Positions 51,485 to 64,000 of a DNA stretch of 64,000 nucleotides are shown here, one piece after another. The notes beneath the pieces were generated by a model. It was not told the DNA's origin. It worked only from the letters and a program-made list of their open reading frames with translations, and searched no databases. Within the stretch, counting starts at the first letter, position 1, and each line of letters starts with the position of its first letter. The translations under genes and the position numbers were made by a program. The stretch is from Lama guanicoe (Eukaryota), in the NCBI GenBank assembly GCA_013239625.1, contig MU053652.1:7525027-7589026 (forward strand), given 5' to 3'.

Positions 51485-53559
51485 GATATGATGGGAATGG
51501 CAGGGCGGGGACTCCCTGGGAGCTTATAAGGTCAACGTTTTGTCTGCTCAGGTACTCCTTCTAACAATGGACTACTCTGGGAAGTTTGGGTTTCATATGG
51601 CGGCTAAAGTGAATAGGAAAGTAAGGCAGGATATAGTTAATCCTGATGGTTTCTGTGAGGGACGTGGAGATAAGCATAAATTACAGACTTACAGGGTTGG
51701 TCCTCCAGTGAGTTTGTAATGGTGGGCCTGGTAGGATGCAGAGAAGACAGAGTGTATTGACAGGAACATAACGCATTCTCTGGATTCCCTATGCAGACTG
51801 TTGGAGGGCAGTAAGGAATAGAGTGAAAGGGCTGTAAAAATGATAACTGATGTCTCTTCTGTCATTTTGTTGATCCTTTACATTTTCTATGATTTCTTAT
51901 TACTGTCTGTTTATTGCTCTCTGTATATTATCCATCTAGCTGGCTAAATAGTTATGCTATTATCTTTTGCAGCGATAGTCTCCATGCAAAGTCTTTTTCT
52001 GTGTACATTATCCCCATTTTAAGATCTGCATTTTGGAGCTGTATGACTGGAACCAGGCTTCAAAATTCCTTTAAAAAGAGCATGTGAGTAGTGTACTTTC
52101 ACAGCCTCTTCATAGCAAAGATTACCTGTTTCTTTCACTCATGCAAGACAACTCGGGTACAAATTAAGACAGAGACCTTGAAGATGCATATAGATGCATC
52201 TCCAATAACTTAAGACACGTAGTTTGGGAAAAGAGTATGTGTGTTTTCATATTTAGTGGACGAGTCTAATTTTTTTTTTAAACCTTAGAATTAAACATTT
52301 CTCATCAGATGTGCCAGGATGCTTTTTGGTGAAATTGTCTTGAATATGCTTGACCTTTCTGATATTCATTTTTTTAACTTCAGAAAAATGTGTTTGGGTT
52401 ATATTTTTTATTGTTCCATTACTGTTGCTCAAATAGTCTTCTTTATCCCTATCAATGATGCTTAAATTACCCTTTCATTTTGTTTTCTCTTCCATTATAT
52501 TTTATCTCATTAATATTGTCTTTTACCTCTGCATTCTAGACGAGCTCTTAAAATCTTATTCTTTTACTTTACAGCATCAATTCTAACCTGTATGCCTCTG
52601 ATACAGGCTTTAAAATTCTGCTGTTGTGGTTTTATTTACCTTGTAATTCCTCTTTATGTGTCTTATATACCTTTATAACTCATTCTCTTACCCATTTAAT
52701 CTCAGCCTCCCCCTTGGGAATTTTGGCTTCTGTTTAATAAAAACTTCCCTTGAGTATTTATTGATGAGAATCAACACATTTGCTAAATTTTATTTTGAAT
52801 TTTGGGCTAATAATTTCTCTAATATTTGACTTTGCTTTCAGTTTCTGACTTGGGAGCAATTTCCTTTGCCCTTTTTATTTTTCTGTTGTGTTTTTAATCT
52901 TCCTTGCCTCCCCTGGATTCAGTGTGGTGCTCTTTGGATCCCCGTCTTAACGTATACAAATGCATAGATGTAAGCAGCTCCCATTTCAGTTCCCAGCATC
53001 TACAAGACTTTCATTTACTACTTGAGACCATTTCTTATGCTTGCATCCTGGTGCCGTGATGCCAGGAAGCACAACACATGAAAATCTCACCCTCAGTATG
53101 GACCACAGAGCAACCTCCTGGGCGGCAGTGTGCCACTTCAACTAGCACATGCTTCCTGCCCAGCTGTCTTCTGGAAAGAGAAAGAGTGATGTACGAATGA
53201 TGAGCAGCCCTCTGACTGCCCACAGAAACCTCCATCGTGCAATAGAAGGATGGCTGCCAAGCTTCCTGTTTAGAACGGTCCCTCTTCTTATTTAAGAGCC
53301 AGACAGTGGCAAAGTGAAGCCAAAGAGTGTATTTACATGGCCAAGTTCTCTGTTCTGGATATAAAGTATGGATGGAAGAGGGAGTGGATATTTCACTCCT
53401 ATTCAATCAAGTTGTAATTAGTTAAAAAAAAAAAAAGAATCCTACCACATTCTCACAAGAACTTCAATGTCACTCTTAATTTTCAGTGTAGTGAATTTGC
53501 ATTTTCTATGTTTTCATGGGAAAGATGCAATTTTGAAGGAGAAAAGAGGATACTGTAGC

Positions 53560-54170
53560 ACAGCTTGCTAGAGAACCTGAGGGCCTGGGTGTGGGCCATC
53601 GCTGCACACATTTTATCATTGAAGATGGGACATGATTCATATTTTCACATGCAAAACTTGACGCCTATGAGACACCAGGAAGAAGTGTTTATCAAGCAGT
53701 TTGATCTGCAGGACTGCACCAGAGGAGGAAAACTGACTTGGGAGTTCTAGAGCTAGCAGCCTTGGCATATGTGACAGTTGAAGCTATAGGGCTAGGGACA
53801 AAAGCCTGTGATATGCACGTCTTTAACTCATTAAGAAGCAATTGGCAAGAGGAGCAAGAGTTAAGTGGTGTGATAAAATCTAAGTGAAAAGGGAACTTCA
53901 GAAAGAACATATTTTCAGCAAAGTCGGAAGCTGAAGAAAGGTTAAACAGGATGAGCCCAAGAGGTCTGACCTTTTAGAAATCTCGGTAATGTTTTAGAGA
54001 TGAGTGTGAGAGGAGCCATGGACTCGGAATCCATAATGCAGCGAATCGATGTGAGAATGAAAAGTGAGGTCGTGACTGTTCAATGTACTTGCGAGAGGTT
54101 TGTCTTTGAAAGAGGGGGCTAATAGGATAGAAGTGTCCAGAGGAGGGGTGGTCAAGAAGCCTTTTTTAGA
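53560..54170 (-). mobile_element. L2 fragment
   Basis: cttgacgcctatgagacaccagg…aagcagtttgatc…acagttgaagcta…gtgaccttttag-like blocks typical of reverse-strand L2. Confidence 0.65.
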
Positions 54171-54504
54171 AACCGAGAAAAACCTCACATGACAGAAAGT
54201 CCTGGTCTACAGCTGAGCCTATAAAGTTGAGGGGGAAGGGAATAACTCCCCAGAACCTCCTTCAAAAATAGATAAATAAATAACCCTAGTTAACCTTCCC
54301 TCCCTGCAAAACAAGCAAACAAAAAAAGCTGAACAGCAGAAAGACTAAATGTATTGTTTTTAAAGTCTATTGTTCCTATTAGAGAAAAAACAAAAACAAA
54401 GCCTTAGGGAGAATTGATATGCTGCTGGCAACCTTTGTGTTCTTTAGCAATTTAAGTTAAGGAATGCATGACAATGGGAGGGATGATGGACTTGGCAACA
54501 CAGA

Positions 54505-55118
54505 ACTAGTTGAGAGTATGGATTCACAAGCTAGACTGCCTGCATTTCAATTCTAACTCCACCCCAGACCAGCTGGGTGACCTTGAGGAGGCTACTGACC
54601 CTATCTTGAACTCTCCATGCTGCAATTCCTCATCTGTGAAATTGTGAAGGAAAAACCGGGCTGGTCTAACAAGATAACTCACAAGTCTAAGTATCGGAAT
54701 ACTGATCTGAGTTCTGCTGGACTAACTTGTAAATCTAGGTTAATTAGTGTTGGTTTGCTGTTCATGTTTTTTGCTAGCCAGCTGGATTTTCAAAGATATA
54801 TATCTGGCTTTGGAATGTTGGTTTGCTGCCTCCCCACCTCCACTTTTGTGATGCTGCTGCTGCTAAAGCTGTTCCATGCCTATTGGCCGAATACCCCAAG
54901 CTTGTATTTTACCCTATAAAACCTCATGCGCACGTCTTGGAGGTGCTCAGAGCTTCAGAGCAGAAGCCCCTCTGAGCCCGCCGGCATAATACATCTGAGT
55001 ACTCCAACCCTCCGAGTGGTGCTTGTTTCTTGGCTGGCCTGTCGTTTCCGTAACAAAATGAGGAAAGTAATTATCTCTAACTCAGAGGTTTGTTTAGGTA
55101 GATTAGACAAGTTAATAC
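54505..55118 (+). mobile_element. MIR split by an LTR insertion
   Basis: …ccagctgggtgaccttg…ttcctcatctgtgaaat [LTR] aaatgaggaaagtaattatctctaactcagagg…. Confidence 0.8.
54643..55055 (+). mobile_element. Young ERV1-class solo LTR, 413 bp
   Basis: TGT…ACA termini; exact TSD AAAT (54639-54642 / 55056-55059); ATTGG 54882, TATAAAA 54915, AATACA 54988; many CpGs retained. Confidence 0.9.
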
Positions 55119-55149
55119 TAGAACCACGGAATAAAGTCAAAGTTACACA

Positions 55150-55637
55150 CATGGGCATTTTAAACAAATAAAAATCAAACATTGATCACAGCTATTACTT
55201 ATCCTATTAGGTTGGCTAAGTTAATTGGCTTTACTTCGTCAAGTTCAAGTTTTTCTCAAAGATGATTATTTACTTGGATGATCTATAACCCATTGGGTTA
55301 TAGCCACTGGGGGCGCCTGGCCCAGAAAGAGAACTCTCACCAGTGAGAACTTTTTTATCTGAAAGATTTACCTTCAAGACAGGACAGACATCTGCCTTTC
55401 TTCTCTTCCTGTAAATTGCCCTCCTCCCGTTGGAAGCCCCAGGCCCCTATCCATTCCTTCATTCAGGATGGCATTTAAGTCTCAATTGCCTGCTTGCTGT
55501 TGAATCTCGTATCTTTGGGGATCTTGTATGTAGAAAATTAATTTTCTTTTCTCTTGCTAATCTGTTATATGCCATTTAATTAGCAGACCAGCCAAAGAAC
55601 CAAGAAGGGAAAAAGGGAACATTTTTTGGCCTCTACA
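55150..55637 (+). mobile_element. Older ERV1 LTR (MER34/MER39-like)
   Basis: 3' end ttttctcttgctaatctgttatatgccatttaattagcagaccagccaaagaacc…ctctaca; 5' boundary uncertain. Confidence 0.65.
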
Positions 55638-55644
55638 GGGTGTC

Positions 55645-55900
55645 ACTGATGGGAGGCCCTAACAGTGGATCAAATTAGGAAAACACACACACACACATCT
55701 ATTTTTTTCTGTATTTATTTGTACATATTGAAAATTATATATTCCCCCAATAACTTCAATTCCAGTGCACCACAACAGAAATACTCTACTTTTCTTCCAC
55801 CTTTCCATATTTCGACTTCCTTCTCTGGCAGTGAGAAAACTGGCTCCTGCTGTTCCGAATATATTTACCTAATTAATCAATATCCCCTGTGTAACCAATC
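55645..55900 (-). mobile_element. Old L1 (L1MC/MD-like) 3' UTR fragment
   Basis: ttccttctctggcagtgagaaaactggctcc…aatatatttacctaatt. Confidence 0.6.
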
Positions 55901-57339
55901 TCTTAGCCCCACAAGGCCACCACCCCAGATGGCTACTCTTCTTACTTGGGCCTCCGCTTCTGGCCACCTTCCTTGCTCAGGCTCTAAACTCTTGACCGGA
56001 GGACCGCCTGCTGCTCTGCCTGGAAATCTTGCCCTCATCCTCTGGCTTTTAAACTAAATTATTCAGAAAGGAAAATGGAAGAAAGGGGAAGAGTGAAAGA
56101 ACAAGAACAGAGGAGCAGGCAGAAAGTATAGTCAATATACTTTAAATGTAGGCTCCAAGTTCAAAAGTTAAAATGTCAAGACTGTATCTACCTTTAAGAA
56201 ATTATGTTACTAAGGCTAAAAGATCACTCTTACTAGATTGAACAGTCAAAATGCTAGAGCATACAAAATTTCAAAAGGGCACCACTGAATAATATGCATG
56301 TGATCCTAGGTAAAGAATCTATTACTATGTAATTCATAATGATAAATACCTCTAGTGACAGTTCACACTTGTTATGTTTGGCATTTTTACTGAAGTGACT
56401 GAATCAAATACCTGGATAATCAACTATTATGAAGTTAATTAAAAGATATATTTATATTAAGTGAACAAGAATATTTGCATGAGATAACAATTTCTAGCTT
56501 TCTCATAGTGTCCTATTTTGAAATCATCTTGGACCATGCGAGAAATTTCTTTGATTCACTTTACCTACCTCTGAACTCACTGTAAATAAATTATTGAGAT
56601 TTTCCGTCTCTGTAAAGTACCACAGAGCTCTTGGGTGAGATACATTTTTAAAATTTCAAAAAAAAAAGATCAATTTCTTTTCATGACAGATTACTAATAG
56701 CTTCCACCCCCCACCCCACCCCCCCTTTTAGGGTGCATACATCTCTAGCATCACAGGAAGTGAGAGGAAAATTGACAGAATGGTGCCAGGTCAGTGGATA
56801 TTTTTATGCTCAACTTGAATTAGCAATTTCAAACACTGCATTTCCTCTGTCCCATGCATGCTACAAATATATAGCAGCAACACACAGCTTCCCAAGAGAC
56901 AACGCCAGAGATGTTTAGAAAGCCAGCCTAGAGAACGTGCTTCCTAAAGTTAATTAGACTGATCTCGACCGATCTTCTTTTTTTATTAATTTCCCTCAGC
57001 TTTTTATACCTTTAGTGTTTTAGAGCCAAGAATTCTTTGCTTATGACATTATTATCTGCCAACCTTAATAGCAATTTTCTGGGAGCTCGGGAATTTAATA
57101 CTGTCAAAACAAATGCAGTATTCACGTATAGGTATCAATCAAGTGCTTCATCCATTTTAAACACAATGTTAGCCTATTTTCTCTTAAAGCATGCTTTGAA
57201 ACAGTGTTTGAGAAAGATTGTCTATATGTTTTTCCTTAAGTGGGCACAGCACAAAGCTTACTTTATAATACGTGAAAGCTTAAATGCATATATTCTCAAC
57301 TCTACCGGCTTCTGCTATTTTACCACTTCACACAGGAGG

Positions 57340-58500
57340 CTGATTTTTGACTAACAGACCTCAAATCTCTTGATCGTTCCCCCTCATATACCTCTGGCTT
57401 CACATCCTTTCCCACCCAATCTAGATTCCATGATTGACCATGTCAAGCAAGACTCCCTGACTCCCTCCCTCACTCAACCTACGTACCTCCAACGTGAGAA
57501 AAAAACCCGCACATTTCCTTGCCCTCATTGGCTTAAGTGCCACAAGAAAAAGACTCATACAACCTTCAGACTGGTACAAATACCAGTGCGTGTTTTACAG
57601 CTCCATTTGGTCTTTCGATATCTGTCTTTCATTCTCGTATATAATCTCTATCGTACCATCTCCCATTTTCCATAAGTATTCCAGATTGTTGAGTCCGCCC
57701 TTATCCACATTAGAAAATTACGTCACGAAGTCAACAGGAAGCAGTAGAAAATGCCCTCAGCTTCAAATGGACCTTGATCACACATGTCCTATTGTTCTTT
57801 TTTTCCTTCATTCTCAAGAGATCAGTGGAAGTCCTTCCATCAACAACTCCTGCGCTTTCGGGCCCTGATTGCGTGGCTCGTCCCCTCCAGCACTGTGCTC
57901 TGGTTCCCGCCTGCAACACTACTCCTTGTTGGCTTTTTCCCTCAGACTATAGAGATATTTGAATCTTTTCTCACAAAAACAGACAAGCAAACAAACAAAC
58001 CTAACATAAACCTTTTTGGTTAAATCATCCTGCCTAAACATTGCCTTCTTGTTTCTTTTTTCCCTCCACCTGCCCCTTTACAGAGGACCTTGTGCATGCC
58101 AAGTGTGTGCTCTACCACTGAGCTACACTTCCACTCCCCTTTTTTTCCCTTTGCTAAGCTTTTTAAACGAAAACTCTATGCCTTCTGTTCAGTGCATTTC
58201 CATCTGATGACCACCCTTCATTTACTTCACCAAAACTACCCAGCAAAAATGTCATCAGTGTTGGGTTAATTTCCAAATCCAGTGGAAAAGTCACATCCTT
58301 CATCCTTCTAGACTTCCTTGTCTACTTGAAGGCTTTGGGCTGCTGTCACCCATGTTTTTTAACTCTTTTTTGTCATCTAGCATAACACTATTCTCTCCTG
58401 CAACTTCTTTGCTTACCCTTCTGACTGTTAATTTTCAGGTTCTTTAATTAGAATCTCTTTCTCTAAACAGCCCTTCTATGCTGCTGTGTCCAGTTATCTC
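57340..58500 (+). mobile_element. L2 internal (ORF2) relic
   Basis: Pyrimidine-rich plus strand; peptide RKRLIQPSDWYKYQ…SSIWSF recalls the L2 ORF2 'WRK…ADW…K' segment; ccaaatccagtgg…cttcatccttctagactt L2 motifs. Confidence 0.6.
58084..58139 (-). mobile_element. Truncated Vic-1-like SINE head
   Basis: Reverse strand GTGTAGCTCAGTGGTAGAGCACACACTTGGCATGCACAAGGTCCT, homologous to about 26852-26900. Confidence 0.8.
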
Positions 58501-59571
58501 AAATAAATGGCTTTAATCTGTGTTCAGCAGAGCACTGGAAGTTAAACAGAGACGCATCAGGGTGACATTTACACATGGTGTTTGCATGTAAGATTACTTT
58601 TAAAAAACACATTAAGCTTTTAATTATATATCATGCATTTTCTGTGTTACCATGCAAATGCTTTTTTGTTTTAAAGCAGCAAGAGTATGAAATACAAAAT
58701 ACAAAATCCAGCTTGGTAAATACCTCAGACAGCAAGACAGAGTAATATTATTGAAGAAAAACACTGGTAGATGCAAATTTGGCAAAAAAACATTTTAGAA
58801 AAATATGTAATTACTTAGGAAGAAGTGAAAATTATATTTTAGGTAAAAAAAGAAAATTAAAAATCAGTATGCACAGATGGATTCCACTTCCATAACTGTA
58901 TATATAATTATTCATCAAAATGTTAAGTTATTTTCTATAATGTAAAGGAATATTGGCATCATATTTTCTAATTTTGCTCAGATATATAAAAAATTTTTAC
59001 AAGAATTATTACTTGATAATAAGGACAAAATTAATTTTTTTCTTAAATCCCACAAAGTATATTATGATCAAAAAGATCACTAATGTTGATGTAAGAGTAG
59101 ATATGTTGAAAAGCAAAGGAGTTTCATTTTTAGGATTACCTCCCCAAGTTCTCTTAAATATGAGCCATGAAGATGTTATATAAAACAGTACATCCTACTG
59201 AGAAATCCTCAATGTTAAAAGCAAAATCAACAAACTATCATTCATCAATGTGGCAAAGAAAAAGTGTTCTGATATTTACTTCAAAAATAAAATTGGAAAA
59301 AGAAAGCAGTTACAAAGTTATCAAAAGAGAATATTTCCAGCTTGCCATTCATGCTACTTCTAAAGCAAAAATAAGTCAGGTATTTCTTTCTCTGCTCTAA
59401 AATTTATTTCAAACAAAGGGAGAGCTATTGGGTAGTAAGACTGGGAAAGTGTAATCAAATCTCTGTATATTCTCTAAGAAAATTGCTCCATTACTTTATT
59501 TATTTTCTGCCTTTCTATGTCGAACATAATCAGACACACCAAGGGCAGTTTCTCATTTTTTATCTGTAACC

Positions 59572-59790
59572 ATGTGGTATAAGAGAAGTGATATAGTTGA
59601 AGGTTTTCTGCAACAGTGAAGTCTTGGGCAGATAAGATATTTTACTGAGCCTGTTTCCTCATCTATAATATGACTATAATGAGTGCAGCCTCATAAGGTT
59701 GCTTCAAGGCTAAAATAAAATATTGTAGGAGGAAAAAAAAGCCATTTTTAAATGATTAAAGATGCTGAAATTTGTTAGCTATAATTATTC
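59572..59790 (+). mobile_element. MIR SINE
   Basis: gtcttgggcag…ctgagcctgtttcctcatctataata…cctcataaggttgct. Confidence 0.7.
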
Positions 59791-60774
59791 AAGCACTGAC
59801 AGTCTGGGATTTGATAAAATAATTACTTCTGACTCAAAAAATGAATTATATGTGTACTGAGAACTCCAAATATAATCATTTATTGCCCACACACCACCAA
59901 CTTTTTCTCCAGCTTTTAGGAGAAATGGGAAAGTTGATGGCTGCCAGAGAAACTTAGCAAACAGAAAAGTGAACTTACATAAAACATTAGAGGCAGAGTT
60001 TGGACTCTTTCACATCTGCTCTGATATGGTGGAATCAGGAAGATATTTGTATAAAAACTGTAACTGGTTCGATCCTCACTGTTTACAACTAAAGAAACTA
60101 TGACCTAAAGAGATAAAGTGACCAGGCCAAAGTTACATTCCTGGCAAGTGGTTGATTTTCTGTCCCCTAATCTCAGAATCTGAGACATCAAAGACTAACT
60201 TTTCTTAGCAGAATAGAAAAAAAGAAGTGGAAATGTCAGATGGCACAGCTACTTAAATATTGAGTCAGAATTTCTCATCTAAATGGCAGAAATAGTTATA
60301 GTATGTCAAGGAGTTATGGATAATTAAATACAATATTTAAATAAAAGGACTTGGGGCCAGGTTTACAGAAGTTGCTCAAGGAATACTCCCTACATTAATT
60401 ACACAGCCAACTTGTGCCAATAACAGTAACAAATTCATCCTGGCAAAAATAAGCTTTATCTAAAGGACTCAATAAGGAATAATAATTTCCTGATTTTTGC
60501 TAACAGAGCACTAAAATCTACAAATAATAATCAGGAAAATCTATTCAAATATGGCATCCTTAAAACCCTTCTGGGTTCCTTATTTCATAACTTGATGAAA
60601 AGTAATACATGGTTTGTTGAAAATAGGTGAAACTACCATCTGGAATTTTTAAAAAAGATCTCTTAACAAACCCGAACAAAACTAAGATATGCTGTTCTGA
60701 GCATTCTGGTATTAGCTTTCAGCTGTTTTTTCACCAAGGGGCAGGTGATATTTTTAGTCAGTGTATTTCCCTAA

Positions 60775-61180
60775 TCCTTTTCACAAATGTTTGTTGAAAA
60801 CTATTTTGTGCCATATATTCTTCAAAGCATTTAGGATCCATCAGTAGGTAAACAGGTAAGGGTCTCTGCTCTTGTGAGCTTGAGTACTCGGCATTAGAGC
60901 AGCGTATTAGAAGGTATCAGTGCTGTGGGGAAAAGAACATATAGAGCAAGTTAGGAGGATGGAGAGTGCTAGAAATGGGGTCCAGATGCCAGTTTCTGCT
61001 AGAGTGGCCACAAGGTGAACAAAGACTGGAAGGAGATGAGGGAGCTAGCTCTGCAGATCAGCTAAGAGGAAGCATTCCAGGCAGAGTAAAAGCCCTACGA
61101 TAGGAGCATGGCTGCGACACATAAAACATGCGGCCAATGCACAAAAAAGAGAGAGAGGATGACAGAGATCAGGGCAGAGG
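60775..61180 (-). mobile_element. L2 3' fragment
   Basis: ttcacaaatgtttgttgaaaactattttgtgcca…gtctctgctcttgtgagctt…ggaagcattccaggcagag. Confidence 0.8.
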
Positions 61181-61345
61181 AGCAAGGCAGTGTCCACATA
61201 TTACTCTTAAATGTATCTAAGTTTAGATGATAAATTACAGTTTTCAGTTATGGCAAATGCTACTGATAAGTCAAATAACAACATGAACATTAGGTTTAGA
61301 AGCATGCAGGTTATTCTTGATAATGCTATTTGCAGGAGAGTATGG

Positions 61346-61692
61346 ACCTATGATCTGAATGTTTGTGTTCCCCCAAAACTCATATGTTGGAATCCGAATC
61401 CCAAGGTGATGGTATTAGGAGGTGTGCCTTTGGGAGGTAATTAGATTGCCGAGAGCAGAACCCTCATGAAAGGGATTAGTGACTTCATAAAAAAGAACTC
61501 CCTAACCTTCTACCAAGTGAGAACACAGCAAGAAGTCGGCAGTCTACAGACTGCAAGAGGGTCCCAAACCCAAACATGTGGGCAACCTGATCTCGAACTT
61601 AAGTTTTCAGAACTATGAAAAATAAATATCTGCTTTTTATAAGCCACCCAGTCTATGGTATTATGTTATAGCAGCATGAACAGATGAGGACA
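61346..61692 (+). mobile_element. MaLR solo LTR (MLT1A-like)
   Basis: ctgaatgtttgtgttcccccaaaactcatatgttg…gtgatggtattaggagg…aataaa…taagccacccagtctatggtatt…gaca; exact 5-bp TSD TATGG (61341-61345 / 61693-61697). Confidence 0.92.
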
Positions 61693-61911
61693 TATGGGGG
61701 CCAAAATCCAAGTAGCTGAAAAGCTGAGCAGTGCTTATTAGAACCTTATGTGTTAGGGAAACAATAATTGGAACCAAGACCCCACCAAGGGATCTCCAAC
61801 TTTGAGTTAAAAACTCAAAGAATTATCCTTTATGGGTGAAAAGCTAAAGTTACATGACACTAATAGGAAGGGTGAATTTCCAGCAATAAAGTAGTTGAGT
61901 GTTTTCATCCT

Positions 61912-62255
61912 AATCAAGAAAAAAGACAAATGAATTTATTTACAAAAGAGAAACAGACTCACAGACACAGAAAACAAACTGATGGTTACCGGAGGGGAAG
62001 GCAGTCAGAAAAGATAAATTAGGAGTTCCTGATTTGCAGATTCTAACTACTGTATATAAAATAGATAAACAACAAGTTTCTACTGTATAGCACAGGGAAC
62101 TATATTCAATATCTTATAGTAACCTATAATGAGAAAGAATATGAAAATGAATATATGTATGAATATGTATGACTAAAACATTATGCTGTACATCAGAAAT
62201 TGACACAACATTGTAAACTGACTACACTTCAATAAAAAATAAAAATAAAAATAAA
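61912..62255 (+). mobile_element. 5'-truncated L1 3' UTR with (A5T)n tail
   Basis: Homologous to about 35190-35520: aaacagactcacagac…ctgtatagcacagggaactatattcaatatc…cttcaataaaaaataaaa. Confidence 0.92.
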
Positions 62256-64000
62256 TTGGGAAGCATTGCACTACAAAAAGCTTATGAAAGATGGAGTAAA
62301 AGAATATAAAAGAAAGAGAGTCATGTGTAATATGCTGCTAGAGGATGTGAGAAGAGACCTCCAGGAAACCAGGGAGGATTCAGGAGGTGACGACACACAT
62401 GAGTTCTAAAGAACAAATCAGAACAGTAGAAAGGATGAAGAAATAATGTGTTTAAAAGCCCAAGGGTAAGAGCAGATCTAAGGTCTATAACACAAGTACT
62501 TATAGGTTAAGTTTACTTTAAACATGCATCTTACAATAGCTTTTTTTCTCTCTAATATGCTCATTAAATGCTGTATTTTGATTTATTGTTGATCTATAAA
62601 TGGGAAGAACTCTGGTCCTAAAAGCTAGCTAGCTAATCTACTCCTTCCAGCCTGTGTTCTCTTTGACATCTGTGATTTTTTTTTTCCTTAGGGCATATGG
62701 TGAAGAAGGAGGCAGATTTACACTTTCCTCTTTTTTGAGTCTACACTGAAAATATTACATAATGGCATGCCCTATGTAAGTAAAAAATGCCCTTTCTTCA
62801 TCCTGGATCCCCACGCTTTCAAGCTATTCAAGTTTAACTACTTAATGGTGTCAGTTGATGTGCACAAGAAGAATTCAGGTCTCTTATCTTCCTCTGGGGA
62901 AATGTCTTTATTAACTCACAGCTTTATATATTCACTAATTCAGAGAGCTATTGACTCTTTCACGTGGCGAACAGAAGACCACAACTATGAATAAGACAGT
63001 CCTTTACCTCGATGAACTGCATGGCCTTGTGATTCCTGTCTTCTGTACCTCCAGGAATAAGCTGTATTTAGAAAGAGTGCCCAGGCAATTTAGCCAATGC
63101 ATACAATCAATGTGGTGTTAAGAGTATTCGTAATGTACAGAGAGACTGCCAAGTTTTATAAAAACTAATAAAGAAGCCAACCCCATCATTTCAATGATTT
63201 GTACAGCCCCTATTAAAAGGTCTATAGACTGAAAATGGAATTCTGTCATTGCTCTTATTAGAATACGAATGTCTTTTCCCATCTTGACAGGAGGGCAAAA
63301 CACATTTATGTGATGCAAGCCTTTTCTGTAATTTAATTGGCCTTTCAAATTCAGCTGCATTAGCTTTGGGTTGCTAGTCGGAAAAATTACCCAGAAACGT
63401 AACATTGCCCTGCCAAACATAAGACCTTCCAGGTGACCTAATGATATAATGGAGATTGACAGTACTCTAGCCCACATGTGAAACAGTATGAATGAAAGGG
63501 AAGTCAGCCTGGTTTCCTCTCACCGTCTTACTGAGAATCCAGGGTCTGCCAGACTTTTCACTACAGGGAACCTATTTGTCATTGCTCGTCATCCTGTGAC
63601 AGAGTAATTCAGTCTGTAATCAAAGAAGCCTGGAAGTCATTTTTATTTATGTATAACATGGTAAAATATGGCTGTCCTAGGGGACAGGAGAATGAAAATC
63701 ACAAACTTAAGCTGTGGTCTTTAAGAAAGCCATTCTTGCACATGCTCAATCTCTTATCTTTTCTTATCTTCACGTAACTTTTAGTGTCTGGACTACCAGC
63801 AGTTAATTCTTCTGCCTTCTTTCTGAATCAACTGCCTCTCTCTTCAGATCAGCTCTGTTTGGTGAGTCCTGCTTATTTCCCTCCGTAAATGCCTCTAGGA
63901 GAAAAAAATGCACAGCCAAAAGTGAACCCAAGACACAGAAAAGAAAAAAACACACAACTTCTCAGAACTGTCTTTTGCTTTTCCATCAGTTTTATCACTG

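Noticed and set aside
51830..52900. T-rich stretch possibly an ancient antisense L1
   Set aside because: Plausible but too degenerate to delimit by eye
55304..55317. CTCF-like CCACTGGGGGCGCC
   Set aside because: Lacks the conserved A of the YAG core, so spacing is off by one
55665..56057. Longest ORF (130 aa)
   Set aside because: GTG start; runs antisense through an old L1 fragment and a CA run
115..63477. All ORF-track entries as protein-coding genes
   Set aside because: All are 130 aa or shorter, many use non-ATG starts, none resembles a protein family I recognise, and many overlap repeats or low-complexity DNA
63118..63477. 119-aa minus-strand ATG ORF
   Set aside because: No recognisable domain or exon context; the region is better explained as a regulatory element

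Overview
AT-rich, CpG-depleted mammalian non-coding DNA (gene desert or large intron). It is most likely from a camelid, judged from Vic-1-like tRNA-derived SINEs and camelid-type L1 3' ends. I see no credible protein-coding gene, structural RNA gene or CRISPR array; the ORF-track entries are short chance ORFs or read through decayed repeats. Much of the window is transposable-element relics: young and old L1 3' fragments, L2, L3/CR1, MIR, MaLR/ERVL/ERV1 solo LTRs and MER DNA transposons. Family names come from my recall of consensus sequences, not a database search, and boundaries of old elements are approximate. The most notable structures are: (1) five solo LTRs in 24.6-28.1 kb, three of them nested with readable target-site duplications (TSDs), which with flanking DNA could form a small LTR-driven spliced transcript; (2) an 85-bp L1 insertion that appears to carry a 3' transduction; (3) a near-perfect ~210-bp tandem duplication with a complex junction; (4) several CTCF-like motifs and homeodomain/MEIS motif clusters that may be enhancers. 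I found no convincing new biological system; the transcript and enhancer models are hypotheses.
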